Below are positions 40,801 through 55,660 of a DNA stretch of 64,000 nucleotides, piece by piece. The position numbers and the translations under genes were made by a program. The stretch comes from Perna viridis (lineage: Eukaryota), in assembly GCA_037379345.1 (NCBI GenBank), contig CM074519.1, positions 32,018,103 through 32,082,102 of the forward strand, read 5' to 3'. The number at the start of each line of letters is the position of its first letter. Within the stretch, counting starts at the first letter, position 1. The notes below the pieces were generated by a model. It was given only the letters and a program-made list of their open reading frames with translations, was not told where the DNA came from and ran no database searches.

Positions 40801-43800
40801 AATGTTTGATCAAGACATTAAAATGTATTTACGTGGTACTTGAGAGATTTTACTTGTGTCTTGTTTACCTTATGATAGACAGCCGGCAAGAAGTAAGACT
40901 CGGTTCTGCATCATGCAGTTGTTAATTGTAAAATGAAAGTTTTCATAAATGCCAACTATGCACCACAATTCATGTTTCAGAAATCGGGGGCAACTATTTC
41001 TTATCAATAGTTTCCATGGAAATCCGTATTTGGGTTTAGCCATGACGGAAGGCATTCCTAAGATTACATAATTCGGGAACGAACAGTTTTGATTCAAAAT
41101 TTAAATGCAACGCGTACATTTCTGAATCAAATTGCATTTACATTCAAATTATGACTACCACCATTGCATCTAGAGTCCTGGACAGCATCGGACCTGATAC
41201 ACAATAAATATAAAGTTTGACTCTCTTTGTTTTGAAATATTTTAAAATTCAGGAACCCGTTCTGAACTTTAAATGCCTTTATTTAACTATTTGTACCGCT
41301 AACCCTGACTCCAGTCATAAGCTCCAGTTGTTTGGTCTTTAATATAAGGAATATATTTAATCTAATAAAGCATGGGTCATTTTAATTCTATGCAATTAAC
41401 TTAATCAATAAGTAAGATAAAATATTTCAAAAATCATTAAACTTTATCAGTTAATACATTCCCCAATAGTTCTCTTTATTTATGTCGTATCATGTGATAT
41501 AAATTTGTCTCCGTGTAATGTTAGCTTTGCGTGCATATTCCCGTTTACGGCAAATTAGCCCTTAATTTAGATAGACATGTTTATAAACAAATAAGAACTA
41601 AATTGTCCAAGCTATTCTAATAACTAGACTACTACACACGCTAGCGGCAGTTCGTGAACGCCATTTTGTGGCTTATTTTGACGTCAGTTTTGAACGACGT
41701 TGACCTCCTTCATCGGAATGCACCTGATTCTTTCGAAGTCTCTTTTGAAAGAGCAATTCTTATCAGCATGTTTAAAAATCTAATATAATGTTAACGATTC
41801 AGACAGGTTTGTGCATCTCCTAAATCTAGCTTACAAGTAGACCACTCCATAAGTTTCCATAATATCAAACAAATGCTTTATTTTTTGCTGAATAGAGTAT
41901 CTTTTTGTACTTTATCTACTATGAAAACGGTAAAGTGGCGATTATTTCAAATAAACCCCAGCAGTGTTGTCCTAAATGTTTAGCCCCGCTGGGAAGCTAA
42001 TCGTATTGTGGTTTCAATGTGGAGGGTAATACAAAAACCGTAATCCGATTAGCCCTGTCTTTTCTCCGGTCGATGGGTGCTAAGGGTAGATCATCCTGTT
42101 ATTACCTTATCAGTTATATACGGCAACTGTATGGTTGCCTTACCTATTTGGACTTTACCGCCATACATTTGTAACCCAATATTTAATATATGTCATGGTT
42201 GTGATTTACCCGAGGGATCCAGATCTAATTTAAGTCTGTCTTGCATTCTTGTATAATAGAATTTAATGAAATTTCTGGTCACTGAAGAAGATTTATTTAC
42301 ATAGAAATGCAACATTAGTGCTGAATAACCTTAGGACTTTTAATTACGGGTTTTCGAGTGTGAAATGGTATTTTCCAACTACATTAAACTGAAAACTGGC
42401 TACTGCCTAAATACAACGCCATATATGTCCTAAGCTCAATTTTCAATTTTTACAAAGACAGTTTTCAAATATAACAGCTTAAAATGACACAAGGAATGAT
42501 CCATTTCCATGTAACATTGAGCAATTAAGGCATCGAACTCCTACTCCCCCTCCACAAATATTCCCATAAAACATAGATGGCATTTTAAACAGATTAGATC
42601 CTCAAATTGGTAGCAGACATATAATGCATACTGCATCCCTGTCGTTTTGGCTAGGTACCAGATCAGATGAATCACACTGATTTTTTAAGCAGATGTGAAG
42701 ATGTTAATTTCGGTTTATTAATCTGTTATGCTGTTTACATCAGCTCAGACATCAACCACTGCCAGCCTCTTTCAATAACTCATTATATCACAAATTAAGT
42801 CTTCTATGCAAGTAGAAATTATGCTTCACTTTGATCACTGGCACTGCTTTCAACAATTTTAAGTGTAACAGGCATGACTGTAAAGGGCAATTGATAGTAT
42901 CAAAATAAATAAAACAATGGCATTTTAATAATAAAAAATAGGTACATGCACATGTATGTCTCAAGTCTGTTTTGGAGACATTTGTCAGCAAAACCACTGT
43001 ACTCGTCATACTCCACATTGTATACATTTGTGTAAAATGTTTCCTTTGGGGTTTAATTTATTCTTGATCGTTTCCTTTATATTCAATGCCTATGTTATTT
43101 AAGGACGTCTTAAAAACAGATTTCAGTTTTTGTCTTTTGACAAAAGCCAATCACTTAAAACCTGTCGTTAAGACCTATGGCGTTTCATTTACAATGACGG
43201 ATTCTATTTTCGGTTTGTTTAACTAAGCTTGATTGTGATACATCAATACTGGTACAATGTAACAATATATAACAAAATTGAACTCTAGAATAACAGCACA
43301 TTTATAAACAGTGGTAATCCTAACCGTATTTACCAGATGCTTTAAAAGACCTTGTTCGCGTAGTATCTATCAAGTTCAGCTTTGATCAGAATAGATAGAA
43401 ACTATTGCATAACACTTGTTTGATTGAAACAGACTTTGATAAAAACTTTAGAACCCTTAGTTTTATCTACAGGATTGAGATATAATCTAAATGAAGTTAA
43501 AACTTAAACATGTTCAATAAGAAAATATTACATGCATGAATCGTAACCTGCTGCTGCACAAAATATCTTAAATGCCCGAAATCATAGGAATTTTTTTTAT
43601 CACTTTGTACCAACGGTATTAGAGTGCATCTTCGGTCAGGCTAAATTGAGGATGAAATATATGACCTACGCCCCTTAAATGCGAACCTACTTACAATGTA
43701 TTTCTGCTTTTTGTTGTTGTTGAAAAATTATGCACATATTGTATAACATGTGTCTATGGAAAAACAAACAGTTCTATATTTAAGAACTAAGAAAGATAAA

Positions 43801-46800
43801 GACTCTATTAAAGAACATATATGCATCTGATGAGTTCTTTATATTCACTTGATAAATAACGCTGGCAGGCGCGTAGCTGCCGTTAGGCAAACTTTTGCCT
43901 GCACTTAATTTTGACAATTTTTTTTGGAGATAAAATACATCCAGGAGAGGCATAAATGATGCTCTAAAACGCTATCTCCGCGGAGCTTCGGGGGGCTTCG
44001 CCTCCTGGACCTTCTGGGGGCCTTAAGCGGCCCCCAGACACCCTGCCGTAATTTTGCCTACACTTTAATTTGGCCTCAGCTACGCACCTGGCTGGCGACA
44101 GTTTTGACATAGATTCAAACCGTCCATTAGGAAAATGAAATTGACTAACTAATCAAAAAATGTAGAAAATTTACAATCGTGAATATCTTGTTTGAAAAAC
44201 AACGATGTTTGAGGGGTTTCAGGTTACACTAATAGGCGGATCACCAATTCGCGATCATATCCTTGTAACGGTTCGTTGAATTTAACGACCAATACACGGA
44301 AACACCGACAACAAAACCCAGGATTAAATGAATCATCGGCTTTTTATTATGGTTAACATCACTGTAACAATTTTGTATTATTTCTTAAAGGATTTATCTT
44401 TTTAACATCATTTTAATTGCTGAATCGACATAAAACAGTCAAGCTTGTGATGGTTATCTCTGTGTGTGTATTATGTATGTGAAGTTGTTTAACCATGCAG
44501 ATGCACCAAAAAATTGAAGTTTAATCAGTTCGAAGCTGTTTGTAACGACTGTAGATAAGATTAAAAGAATTTCTTTGACTAATTAATCGCTGTTGTTCAT
44601 TTCATTCATGATTACAGGTATATAACACCGTAAATAGAGAAGAAGAAAATATGAAGTAAATTGAAACTCTGAAAATAGTTTATGTACATGTAACCTTGTC
44701 ACACCCTCAAATTAAAACAGTGTGACATCCACTCATGGAAAAACGCATTAATCTAGGTTAAACTAGTTATTTTGCGTACTAATGGTAACCACATTATACC
44801 CCAAATACCATTACTTTAACATTTAAGTACATGTACAACTCTCTTTACCCAAGAAGCACAATACGAAATGATCAACTTTGTCCCCTAAACAGTTCAAAGG
44901 TAAGAATCTGCAAGCCATACTATTCACAGACTACACGACATTTAACAAAAAAAAATAAAAAATTGTAACATGATTATTTTTAAATTGCTTCTCAGTTGCA
45001 CAATTACGGATTTAGTTGACATAAATTATCTTCACAATAAGCACATCTAAAACCAACAAAATATTTGAAACCCTACAAAAGCTTCGGTGATAAACGACAC
45101 AGAATAACAATCAGTTTGAGTATAACTGTATCGAAGATGATCTCCAATATAAAATCAGCATTCCTTTAACGCATTTAACAAGTCATACAATCAAGTTTGT
45201 GACTCATATTGTAGTACCTAGATTACTATCTCCCCCACTGTAGTGTCATGATCATGTTTAAATGCATATTACCACCAACAACAGATCTAGATTTTCTCGT
45301 AATAGTGAGAAAATCCGATTTTTAATTAGGAATAATGTGACAGTACCCATTTTAGCTTGCTCTTTTGTCCGACGAGGATATAAAATAAAGGAGTTATTAT
45401 CCCGTACAAATTGATGATTTGGTCAAAATGTCACCGTATTGCCAAATCTATAGTCTACGGACTGCCATTGATAGATCGACATGAAGTAACCTTACACTCA
45501 AAACGGCATAATGTTGACTATGAAGAAACTGGAAGTTAAGACAGTGCAGGAAAGTTACTTTGTAGTTCCATTCTGACCAAAGAAAGAACGTTTTTGAAAT
45601 AAAATTGATAAAGACATTTTAACTTTGTTAAAAAAAAAAAGAAAAAAATGATTCTGAAACAACCCAGTCATGACCATTTGCACACAATTTAAAACATCAG
45701 AAAGTATTGTGTTTTTCAAATGTACATGGAAACAATACCAAAGCAACTTTTTGCAGTATTTTTTCTGGTAAATCCTGACAAAAAGGGCAATGGACTTTTA
45801 TCATACCTTGACCTTATTTAACTAAAGAAACCAGAAAGTGCTATAATTCAATTAGGCTTTCGAACAAGTCATTTCAAAATCCGAATTGCAGATGCCAGCA
45901 CCTTCAATGTTCCCACAAGATACAGAACTGACTAACAAGGAATACATGTAATCAATTGGTCTCAATTAACTGCCTATAGTATAAATACGCACTGGCCTAC
46001 TGGTACACTAACACCTTCAATGAACCATGTGATTTAGAAAAATACAGACCACCCTACCAAATTTAACAGTATTCTGACACGAATTAAGTAATCATGTCGA
46101 ACTGTGGTAGACTAAAATCAAGGATAACTCACTAAATCACCCAATTATCTGTTATTATCCGTTCTACCAAAGTGTAATGATAGCACCCTGTTGTATTGCA
46201 AGATTATGAAGAACTAGAATGATTATTTTTTTCTGATCTTTTAGATGAGAAATCCAGTCCACCCCGTGAACTCAGTAATGTAAACGCCTTATTGATTGGT
46301 GATTATGGTTTTGACCTTTACTTTCATTATCTCAGTCTTTTGATCTGTTTGGATTTGAAGAGCAATTAGCCGGGACGTTTAAATCTGCCTGTCTATTTTC
46401 ATCTAGACATTTTTAAATATAGGTTGAATTATTCTTAGGTTTAAAAAAACGATGAATGTAAATAGTACTTGGTGAAGTCCTGTTTTCGACCCACCGCCAA
46501 CTTCGTGACAACAAACAACAAAATCTACAGAAATGAATTAATAAACGTTTCAGCGGTTGTACCACCTTGCCGTGATCGATGAACTTACCTCTTGGAAAGG
46601 ATTTCATTTCTTGTAGTTTGGTCTCTTCTGTTGGTGTCGTCTGCTGGTTTGGTACTGCAGCAGGCGACGTCTTCCAGTCCTGGTTCAACTGGTTAATTTT
46701 GTTACTGAGCGGAGGTAACGGCGAAATATTAGCCAGTCTATCAATTACTTCTGTCAAATTTTTGACAACAGCGTCTATCACAGCAAAATTGCTATTCAGG

Positions 46801-47159
46801 TCTTTTAAATTTTTTCGCTGTTGCGACAGTTGATTTCGGACTGTTTTTAACGTTTGACTCTCGCGCTGTAATGCATCTTGTGTATACTGTACATTTTCAA
46901 ATAATTTTGAAATCTTTGAATTATATTCTGCTAATTTCAATGTCTCATTTGCTATTTTGTTTAAATTTGGAAGGTCTGCTGTAAAACGTTTTTCAAAAGC
47001 TCTGAATTTAGCATCAAACGATTCCTGAAGTTCTTTATATACTTTCTTGCATCTGCAGCCTTTCTTCTTAGGTTTTGGTTTATGAGACGGAGCTGAACTG
47101 GTAATGTTTACTATCACAAATAAAACACACAACACAGAACTTAATCGCTGAATCCTCAT
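34888..47159 (-). CDS. Secreted fibrinogen-related (FReD) protein with N-terminal coiled coil, angiopoietin-like, ~418 aa. Exons 47159-46589, 37538-37419, 37169-37032, 35315-34888
   Basis: Signal peptide [23 protein letters not shown], heptad-rich region, then FPR|DCDEV..PFKVLC..GT|[37 protein letters not shown]..|[41 protein letters not shown]. All donors are GTAAGT, all introns are phase 1, and the total is 1257 nt. Confidence 0.95.
35667..36694 (+). CDS. Uncharacterised ~217-aa protein, paralogue of 11256-13726, nested antisense in FReD intron 3. Exons 35667-36213 and 36588-36694
   Basis: 547-nt open exon ending CCAA|GTAAGT. Acceptor TTTCCTTTGTTCCATTTAG gives in-phase [41 protein letters not shown] at 36934-36939. 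Contains [24 protein letters not shown] and [10 protein letters not shown] motifs. Confidence 0.85.
38319..38724. mobile_element. TTAA-flanked MITE (Kolobok/piggyBac-type target site), copy 1
   Basis: TTAA|GTAGTAGTCTTTGTAAGAATCATGCAAAA ... TTTTGCATGATTCTTAGCTGGAGTGCTAC|TTAA; homologous to 56086-56462. Confidence 0.8.
43866..44090. mobile_element. 225-bp MITE with 14-bp TIR and 5-bp TSD
   Basis: CAGGCGCGTAGCTG / CAGCTACGCACCTG (13/14 match), flanked by GCTGG at 43861-43865 and 44091-44095. Confidence 0.85.
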
Positions 47160-50100
47160 AATGAATTAAACAATGTTATGTCCGATTTATATGTATTAAC
47201 TATAGAAACACATGAAATACCACTGCAGGTAATATCAAACTACAATAGTGTATCCTGGTTACTCTTATGGAGCTAGAACATATCGTGATAATTAAATCTG
47301 AAAGAACAAACAATTAAATAATTTGTAGTTATTTCTGTAGTAATATCATCACAATTTGTACTATGAAGTAATGATTTCAGAATGGTCAGCAATGGTTATA
47401 TTGCGGTATATTAATGGAAAGTCGTGTCGAATATCATGGTGTGTTACGTTGGCTACGAGTAATCTGTTTGGAATATTAGTTGACGTTGGTCATCTGAAAA
47501 CATTTTATCTTTAAATTTCTCTGCCAAATAGAAAGATTCGCACGAGATATTAGGCATTTTGCTTTCTGGTCCCTGGTTTTATTATTATTCTACTAATCAG
47601 GTTAAAGTTTAAGATTATCTGCCATTCATGTCCATTTCTTTACCCGGATTAACCAACCCTTCCTCCTTGCTTTCAATGTATGGCTAACGACCTTTGACCT
47701 ATAGACGGTAATTAACAATGGGCCGTCAGTAAGGGTGTCTATTGTCAATATCAACCCAGTAATCTGGTCTTATAACACGTTCAAAGGATATTATTATGAA
47801 GGAGATGAGCAATCAGTAAGTTTGTCAACACGGGCCAAGCCGTGATTTGAATGACCCTTCAACACCCACCAGGGCGTCAGACACCCACGGAAACATTAAA
47901 CTGACCGACATCGATGTCTTGTTGAGTATTTTTCAATACTAAACAGAAATTAAATGTAAAGTTTTGATTTTATGTTTTATTTATACAACAGGTACCTAAA
48001 CATGATGGCCTATTGTGACCTCTAATCTTCAAATTAATAGCAAAATGTGAAGAGGAATTACACTATAAAGAAATGAGCTCGTATAACAATAGCAAACATT
48101 TTTGAATTGTTTATTTAGAGATTAACTCAATCTTGTCTATATTTGTACTCTGATATAGGTACCTGAAACGGTTCACTTTAAAAGACGTTTTGTAAGACCG
48201 GACACTAAATATGTGTCAATATTGAAATAAATTTGTTTAAATTTCCAGTTACAATACTTATTTGAATCAATAATATCGTGTAGAAACATTTTTAACAAAA
48301 GATAAAAAATATGTACTTTCACCATTGTGTAAATATCAAAATGTAAAAATCGTGTTTACCTACGAGGTTGATTTGTTGATTTGGTCCAAATATTTAAAAC
48401 CGTTATTTGTCCATAAACTGTGAAAGTGATTTGATAGTTGAAGCAATACAATACATAAGGTCAAAACACTGCCAACAATCATAAGGAAACTGACTAAATT
48501 TTTAAGAATGTAAGCGGCCTTTGCATCAGCGAAAGTATGCGGTTATAAAGATACACAATCTTAGCAGAATTGAAGGCTAAGTAGATTATATAATAGTAAA
48601 GTAAACCATAAACTGATAATACAGTATTGATATCATGTTTATTAGGTTCTAGTATACATTGGCCGATCTGGTCAGATAATGCTGGAACCTGTCTAAAACA
48701 GACCTCCAAAGACCAGAAAAATATTCCAGACATTAAAATTAGGGAGCTCTTCAAGGACCTGAAAAATTGTCCGGGCAGGGTAATTAGGCAGACCTTATTA
48801 AAGGACCAGACAAACATTATGGACAGGACAGGTTGATAAAATACGCCAGTTACATCTGTGCCAAACTAAAGGATTAACGAAAGTAGCTATACGATGTTTC
48901 AAAATTTACAATGACTGCGGATATCACGTGCAATAAGTCAAGTACGACTCTTTTTGAAATTTCCGTTGCAATTCAAAGTGTAGTAATTGAAAACGTTGGC
49001 CGACGTTAAATTCTGACAATATCGGCAAAAAATGTGTTTTTTTTTATGTAAAACTTTCAAAATCTTATTACAGGTTATCAAGTTCGTCCGATAAGAAGTG
49101 GTAAGTTTGCAAACATTTGCTAGCAATTAGTATTCAATGTTATCTAAGATAGGGTAGCTTCCTAATAACTGCGACTATCTATAACCCCCTGTATAGAGAA
49201 AATTGGCTGCGTTTCTTTTTCTTGATACAAAAATAAATCGTAATTGAGAAATCAAAACGGAAAATGAGGTGAAGTAACGGCAGGAGAAATAAAACATTGA
49301 ACATTTTTATAGCATCTTATTAAAAGTATTTATAGACTGCTTTACGTTCTAGGGATATAAAGTATAACGAAGTCGATGTCTACTTGGATGCTCGTTAGCA
49401 TTTCTGAATATTTTTTTCTACTTTCTGCAATGTTCTTATCAAGAATAAGTGAAGAAGAAAAAATGAGCTCTCGTTTGTGTCAGTTTTTTGAACATTTTTA
49501 ACCCGCCCCCCCCTAAAAAAAACCAAAAAAAAAACCCCGAATTTTTGTTACAGTTGATTTCATTACTTTTTGTTGTCGGTGCCTTACAGAGCTTTTACAT
49601 TTGTTAAAGACCTTTATTTGATCTCTGGAAATATTTGCTATTTTGACTTTAGACTACATGCTGGTTCATTTGTTTCACCATAGCTGATCTTTTTCCATTC
49701 CAACTAAAACCGGCTTGGTTCGAACATGCAGGGGCAAAACGTATGTATATTGTTGGTATGCAATATTTCACAGCATAATACTTCTGACCCATTAATCTAC
49801 TTTTCGATAAGGTAGTTGATCATTTCTGACAATAAGTAGCACTTTTACTTCAGCCATAATTTGCATCTGTTTCATTTATATACTGTAAGAGGGAGACTGA
49901 CAATATCTGTATCAAATTTAAACTGTGTTCAATGTGCAGTAGTTTAAACATAATGTACACCAAAGCAACAAAGTTATCATTAAATCAAGAAAAGTGTTTA
50001 TTCTTATAAAATAATTGCATGCGTTTCAAGACAGATACATGATAAGTGCGACTTACCCGAATATTTATTCAACACGACAGCTACATTATCAATTACCGCT

Positions 50101-51595
50101 TTCACCAACAGCTGGTTACTATAATGTTCACTCTTGTCTGGTCACTTTGTGGTCACTTAGTGTGTATTGGCATGAAAATGATTAATTAGCCGGCTCCCAA
50201 TTACAATTAGCGATAATGAATAACACAGATGACTGACCTTTGTCGAGTATCTGAGTCTAAAATGAACACTTCAAAATACAACGATAATCCTTACGAAGTA
50301 AGTCAGTAACTACACAGATAATTTATGGAATGAATGGGAAAAGTTAACTTTTAACTAACTACCTAATCCAACTTGACACTCAGCAACAGTTCTCACTTTA
50401 TCTCTCTGTTTATTAAGGCTAGGAAGTTTTAAAACTATAGTAGACAGGAATCCACGCCCATTTAGGTTTCAACCAATCAAATCATTCCTTTTAATTGATT
50501 GACAGTTTTCCTTAATGGCTTACCTCTAAAATTAGCTTATCATAGGTGTAAAAGGAATTGTTAGCAAGATTTATAATGTTTCCACCACTTGTAAACAGAA
50601 CTTTAGATATTCGCTTTCATTCGGAAGAAATTGTTAATCAATTATAATAAGATTTTTCGTTTACCTTTGTGCTGTTGCTTGCAGAACAAACACATATTTA
50701 CTATTGTGGGGATTTGACTAAAAGTGACAAGTCCGATTATACTTTAAATCTTCCTTATATCATCGGCCTTGTATTAATCTAGGGAGTGTGTAATAGAATA
50801 TAAAATCCATTATACATCTTAATAATAATAGGTCAAGCGGTTTACAAGTCATAATAAGTGTATGTGTTTGTAAGAATCAGGCAAAATTGGAAAAATCAGA
50901 AACATGCATGACAAAACCCACCAATCTGACAATAAAATATCACTCAAGGATGCTTTCTCAGTTTGAAAAGACCATTATTTAATTTCTGCTTCATTGGATT
51001 TGCTCAGAAATTTTTCAAAAGAACTTTAGAAAATGAGATATTTGACAGTTATCTGCTCTTGAAAGGTTCATTTACAGTGAAATTTCAATGAAAATGTAAC
51101 TCAATGGGCCAGCATGATATGGAAAATCTTGTCTGTTTTCCTTGTTTCTTATGGTGTAAATAGTCAAATTACACTATCGAAATGACGGTTTCACCTACTG
51201 CCTAATTCTTAAAGGGACTGACACTTAAATTCTATCATTATGATTTTGTGAATGATGTTGTTTGTATGTGTCATCCGTCTACTTCCTAACATGGCATGAC
51301 ATGCAAGAAATATACCAAAACATCCATACAGAAGGACAATGCAGAGTACATGGCCAGAATGTTGAGAGCATGAAACTGCGATAGGTGGTTATTTTTAGAA
51401 AGGAAAATGATGCTTAACCTGCAAGTGACAGAACTTTTTTTGTAATATCTTTAGTCGAAATTTCGCTGAAATATTCCTCGTTCAAGACCCTGCTTCCTTA
51501 TTATACCAAATTAATCGGATATTGAAATCGTATCAGTGCGAGTATATGTTACCTGGGTACTTATCATATCTTGTACCTAAAAAACTTATTTCTAA

Positions 51596-51835
51596 AATGT
51601 GACTCTTTCAACATAATACATAGAGCTCCGCACCATAGTACATATTTAATGGTAATTTTGATTTTTGAATTTTTTCCTATATGTCAAAATTAAATGATGC
51701 AGAGTACATGGCCAAAATGCATTTATATATAAATCATTCAATTTTGACATATAGGAAAAAATTCAAAAATCAAAATTACCATTAAATATGTACTATGGTG
51801 CGGAGCTCTATGTATTATGTTGAAAGAGTCACATT
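51596..51835. repeat. Perfect 96-bp inverted repeat with 48-bp spacer
   Basis: 51596-51691 is the exact reverse complement of 51740-51835. Confidence 0.95.
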
Positions 51836-53293
51836 GAATGATTTATACATATGTATATGCTCCTTTTGATTGATTTAATACACGATATTTAAGGCGACGA
51901 GCTTTATACCGAAAATAAGGTTATGACCAAAATTTATTTCTCAGGTGAAACTTTTTAATGAAACTTAACAGTTCCTTTAATTAAATTAAAGGAATTTGTG
52001 TATTGGTAAATCCTGGAATCGAGTTATCTCCCATTGCATTTTGAAATTGGCAAACAGTTAGGGTTGATAAGTGACAAAAACTGGTTCTTGATCGACTAAG
52101 GCATAGCAATATGATCATAATGCTTGAGAAAAGCAAGCTTCTGGTTATAATTAAATTTTACAATTTACATTAAACGACCTGTGTGTTTACACATGTTAAA
52201 GACCTTTTCGTGACCTCTGAAAGTATGTATTATTTTGTATTTAGGTTGTACGCTGGTGCATTTGTTGCGTTTCACCATATCTGTTTTTTTCTATTGTGAT
52301 GTATTGTGTACAGTGAAATATACCCGATCAAATAGTTGGCAATATTTGCGGCGCTTTATCAGATTTGAAGGTATTCTAACTATCAAAGTTGAAAGCTTAA
52401 TCACAAATATTGCTCAAATCGACACATTTGTATTGTTTCGGACATAATAGACCTGACAACTTTATTAATCAATGCATTACATCATAGGTGCCCAATTTAT
52501 ATTAGACGAAATTTATACGCATATCTTTCATGTCTTGGTATTTGTCAAAATTGATATCAAAGTCCTGTCTACAACCCTTTTAAACACATTATTATAAAAT
52601 ATTAAATTTTAAGTATACTCCATTTTTAAAGACGGATATCGAGATAATAACACATTATGCATTTGTAAATTGTTCAATGGATTATTGCATATATATACAC
52701 TGAGGATTTTCTCACGTTACAGATGAACATCAACATAACTACAAGAACACTATTGTTACGATGTGTTATTTCAATGGTCAAATCTATCCATTTTATTTTC
52801 GCTTTTACAAAATAAAACCCTCCTAGTAATTTGAGCCGTATTTCGCTATTAGATTTCATTTTTTCCACCCTTATCTTGATAGAAAGATATTTCACAGGTG
52901 TTCGGATACAGTAACACTTTGCACTGGGCACCTTGTGACAAAGTCATTTTCATGTTATTAAAGGGTTTTGTTAAATCCATTAGTTGCTCCGACGGGTCTG
53001 CGAGAGATATCTGATCTTAGTTCTGATAAAAACCGTGGTCAATCATGTGGCGACCGATAATAATGATTTATATACATGGTCTTTTTGAAGGGTAAATATT
53101 CATTAACAATTGTGTTTCATTGTGGTCTCTACTAAATGTTTAATTTAACCATAATGACTGTGTTTAAATAAAAGTTAAAAGACTTGATTGAAATGGCCCT
53201 TTATTATCACACAAAACATTGCTATACTGCTACTGAAAAAAATACAAGAACACTCATGGTATACCATACATCTTCCGGGCTTGTATCATGGTA

Positions 53294-53619
53294 CAGTAAT
53301 ACCTGTCTAAACAGAACCTTCAGAACTAACTGGATACATACCTGTCTAAACCAAATTACTTCAAAGTCAAATAGATCCTTTTTTGCTAAAATTGGAGTAG
53401 TTGATGAGCATGCATAGAGCATGCTCAATATATACTTCCGCGAGGAAAATTCTTTTGTTCTACCCAAGCCGTACCTCGCGGAAGTTTGTATTGAGCAGCT
53501 CGCCAATTTACCACAAAAGGGTCTATTCACGTAGAAAAGCACGATAAAAAGCGTAGATTAACACAAAAACCGGCCTTAACTAATCGAAGCCTTCAGTTCG
53601 ATTTAAGCAGGTTTAACTG
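53294..53619. mobile_element. Tc1/mariner-type MITE (decayed)
   Basis: TA|CAGTAATACCTGTCTAAACAGAAC ... GTTCGATTTAAGCAGGTTTAACTG imperfect TIRs. Confidence 0.6.
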
Positions 53620-55656
53620 TCGAAGGAATAATTTTATGGACTAAAATCAATACACGTATAAAGCGAAATGACCAGATAACATTGTAAATATTACGGACAG
53701 CTAAAAGTGAAAAAAAAGAATAAATAGACCCAAAAAGAAATAATCAAAGGGATGTTTTAGTATACAGAACAGACTGAGTCGAAGACAACGACAAATGGAT
53801 TGAGACAAGGACGTCGACACAAAACCTCATTTTCATCACTGCCCGATTCTTACCTCCTTCCAAAATCGCTTTCATAGGTCATTACCCTCGAACTTTGATG
53901 TACGCGAAAATTGCCACTAGTAATGCGAGGCCTGGACGGACCCGAACAAAAGATGCAATTCAATATAAAGGTGAATGATTTCATCACATCTTAAATTCGT
54001 CTAGTCTGGTTAAAAACCTAACCTGGACCATAGTTGGTCAGCATATGTGGATAGCGCCACGCTTCACGCACGTAAAGACCTCACTAGTCTTGTAGAATTG
54101 TTCATAGTACGATAACTGGAACAGCTACAGAGGGCAAAAGTTACCACTCCTACCCCCTTTTTTCTTCTTAATCCACCCCATTTCTTGGAGATTTTTTAAA
54201 ACAAGTAACGAACATGAAAAGAGGTGGAATGGCAAACAAGGAATTCGATAAACGATTTATTTACCTGCAACGGGAAATATGAAAAAAAAAAAAAAAAAAC
54301 GTAGGAGCGGCGAGTTCTGATTCGTTTAACACACAAGGGTCAACTAAGGATATTTAAAGGGCTATTGCTTAAAAGCATCCACATAGTACATGTACAGGTT
54401 TTTATTACTTCATCACTCATTGCTATACCTGTAGTTGATAAGTAAGTTAATAGTTATTTTGATGAAAAATGAAAAAAAAGATAATGTAAAAATTTTAAAT
54501 GTTGGTTAATAAGAGCAAACGTTTTCGTTTTTATTTAATTTACTTGAAATTGCGAGAAGCTCATTTCTGACTTGAACTTGTTCTAGCGCCGATCAAGAGA
54601 ATTAGGAAAAAGGATTTCCAGGTTATACTTTGCTAATTTTTATTACAAAATTTTGCCCCAAATGAACAAATTTTTCTAAACCCGGAAACCTCTGGAACCA
54701 CTAAGTACTGTTTGTTTTTTTTTCTAAATTCCTTACTTTAATTGGTCCGCAAGGTGCTGTAATTGTAATTTGAGTTAATGACTACAATTTGCTTTACAAT
54801 GTTGATTGGTTTGAGTTTATATCATGATATCTGATCAAATATCGTTTCGCGGTTCGCACAAAAAAAGCCTTTTTGCATAACTTAGTCTGGAATTGAAATC
54901 ATAATGATGACTTATGAAATACATACATTAAATAGTTGGTATGAGTCATCTCCCCTACTTCGTTATATCGGGTCAGACGGAAAATAAATACATCAACAGT
55001 TGTACGACATCAAGAAATGTAATTTATACATTCTTTAAAATAACGCATCACTTTGAATATTTAACATAATAGTTATTACTAATAGTGCGAAACCGAATGT
55101 TGACTCTATTTTCGGCTACTATATAATGTGTAGGAACCCAAGCTTTTCCTATATTTGGAAGCTTGTGTAATTTAACATACATTCATTTGTCCAAATGAAG
55201 CACACGGGAAAATAGAATGGAACTGAAGAAAAATCTCCATATGTGTATTTCACTTGTTTGATATCGGTAGAGGGTATTAAGATTCAAAGTTAAAGAGTTT
55301 ATTACACTATCTGACATAATAAGCAATTACATGAGACAGATAACTATATTCTAAAAAAAAAAGCCAAGTCGACGTTACGATTCATGCTTGCTACTGTACA
55401 AGCAACGTTTTCCAAGGTGTTTTAAAGAGGTAGACCTAGGAGAAGGGACATATCTCTTGAAATCAGTGATATGCTGGCATTATATTCAATTTCACCAAAG
55501 TCTATCAAGCTTTCATTTGAAACAGAATGAAATCAGTCCAAGTCACTTAGATGCTTACACGAGACATGCTTTACACAAACGTTCCAATGACTTGTAAGAG
55601 TTAAGTCATATTTATGGTCAAAATAAAATGATATATAATATACCGAGAAAAACAGG

Positions 55657-55660
<4 letters not shown>

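Noticed and set aside
46413-46588. C-terminal part of the 248-aa ORF, and likewise the N-terminal part of ORF 37360-37770
   Set aside because: Intronic read-through beyond the FReD gene splice sites.
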